Assembly: GCA_036172245.1 (NCBI GenBank)
Contig: JAYWIR010000004.1
Coordinates: forward strand, 3,906,001-3,970,000
Reading direction: 5' to 3'
Length of the DNA stretch: 64,000 bases
Source: Raillietiella orientalis
Taxonomy: Eukaryota
The first letter of the stretch is position 1, and every line of letters starts with the position of its first letter. The notes under the pieces are model-generated. The model had not been told where the DNA came from and did no database searches. It was given only the letters and a program-made list of their open reading frames with translations. The position numbers and the translations under genes are program-made. Below are positions 63,121 through 64,000 of this stretch, piece after piece.

Positions 63121-64000
63121 TCGCCTTGTCAGCCGTCTTTCTGTTGAATGCTCTGCAGAGTGCTGCCAAACACCACCTCATCACAACGGATCGAGCGACT
63201 GCCGTCCTGTCTTTCATTGTGGAGTGGTGTCCGCGGCGAATCCGTGCCTCTGGGAGACTTTGCCCCTGTTACTTTGTCTTGCCCGGCCACTCAGGCTTGC
63301 TTCCTTCTTTCCTTGGAGGAGATCGTCGCAGCCGGAATGATAAGCGGAAACACAGTTCTTCCAAGGGACGAGCTTTGCACCGGCCGCGCCTCCCGGCCCT
63401 ATAAGCGGTCCGGCCTTCGCCTCCTTCTTGCCATGTGAGCTTTCGTTTGCTCCAGGGGGTTCGTCTGGATTGCGCTCTGTTGCTTTCGTGTTTCCTCGTT
63501 CCTGCCTTCTTGAAGTGGCCGCACACTCGATGCGCTCTCGTCGATAGTTCCCTTTTCTGGGGTTTCGCTCACATGGAGGCACCCACGCACAAATTCTCTC
63601 ATAAGGCGATTCTTTGTGCATGCAACCGCTTCATTTTCAGGGCCGTGGTGTTCGTAGAGAGGGAGAGAACCTTGCGTCCCCTTTCCGCATCGTGTTCAAC
63701 TCGACTCGAGTCCCCTTCGCACGGGTGAGTTGAGCAAGTAAAGCACAGTTTCTGACTCTTCCCTCCTTGTCCGCTTCGAAAACCAGAAGCTCCTGTTAAT
63801 CCTACTGTCCTTGAGCAACACTTTGCCACCGGATGATCTGGGAACGCGCCCCACGCCGGCGATGACTCTCTCCCATCTCGGAAAAGAATTTGCAGGAAAA
63901 CGCTTCGCTCTTTCTGAGGCTTTTGTTTCATATGTCCTTGTAGATGTGGAGACTGCTGTCTTAGAAGACGGCAAGCGAATGCTTCAGGCACCGCGAGGCA

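Noticed and set aside
62800..64000. Upstream SLC22 exons
   Set aside because: No frame with the expected TM1 or extracellular-loop motifs was found; they probably lie beyond the window.

Overview
Eukaryotic (animal, probably invertebrate) genomic DNA with very short GT-AG introns (41-71 nt). The left ~48 kb is mostly a graveyard of decayed transposons: many L1/Tx1-like non-LTR copies, a Utopia/NeSL-like endonuclease remnant, and mariner and pogo-like ends. It also holds two decayed ankyrin + TRP-channel-like gene relics. The right ~15 kb holds three apparently intact genes. (1) A 4-exon selenoprotein K gene (+, 49854-50580), which the ORF track misses, with an in-frame UGA (Sec88 of 89 aa) and a complete SECIS at 50619-50695. 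(2) The 3-exon mitochondrial ribosomal protein L11 gene (-), convergent with it. (3) The 3' part of an SLC22/Orct organic cation transporter (-) with a candidate 27-nt micro-exon. Other highlights are a covarying 3'-UTR hairpin and C-terminal motif shared by a non-LTR family, a captured MRPL11 exon piece flanked by an 18-bp direct repeat, and a U2 snRNA fragment. All calls come from manual reading and recalled family motifs; no searches were run, and boundaries of decayed elements are approximate.
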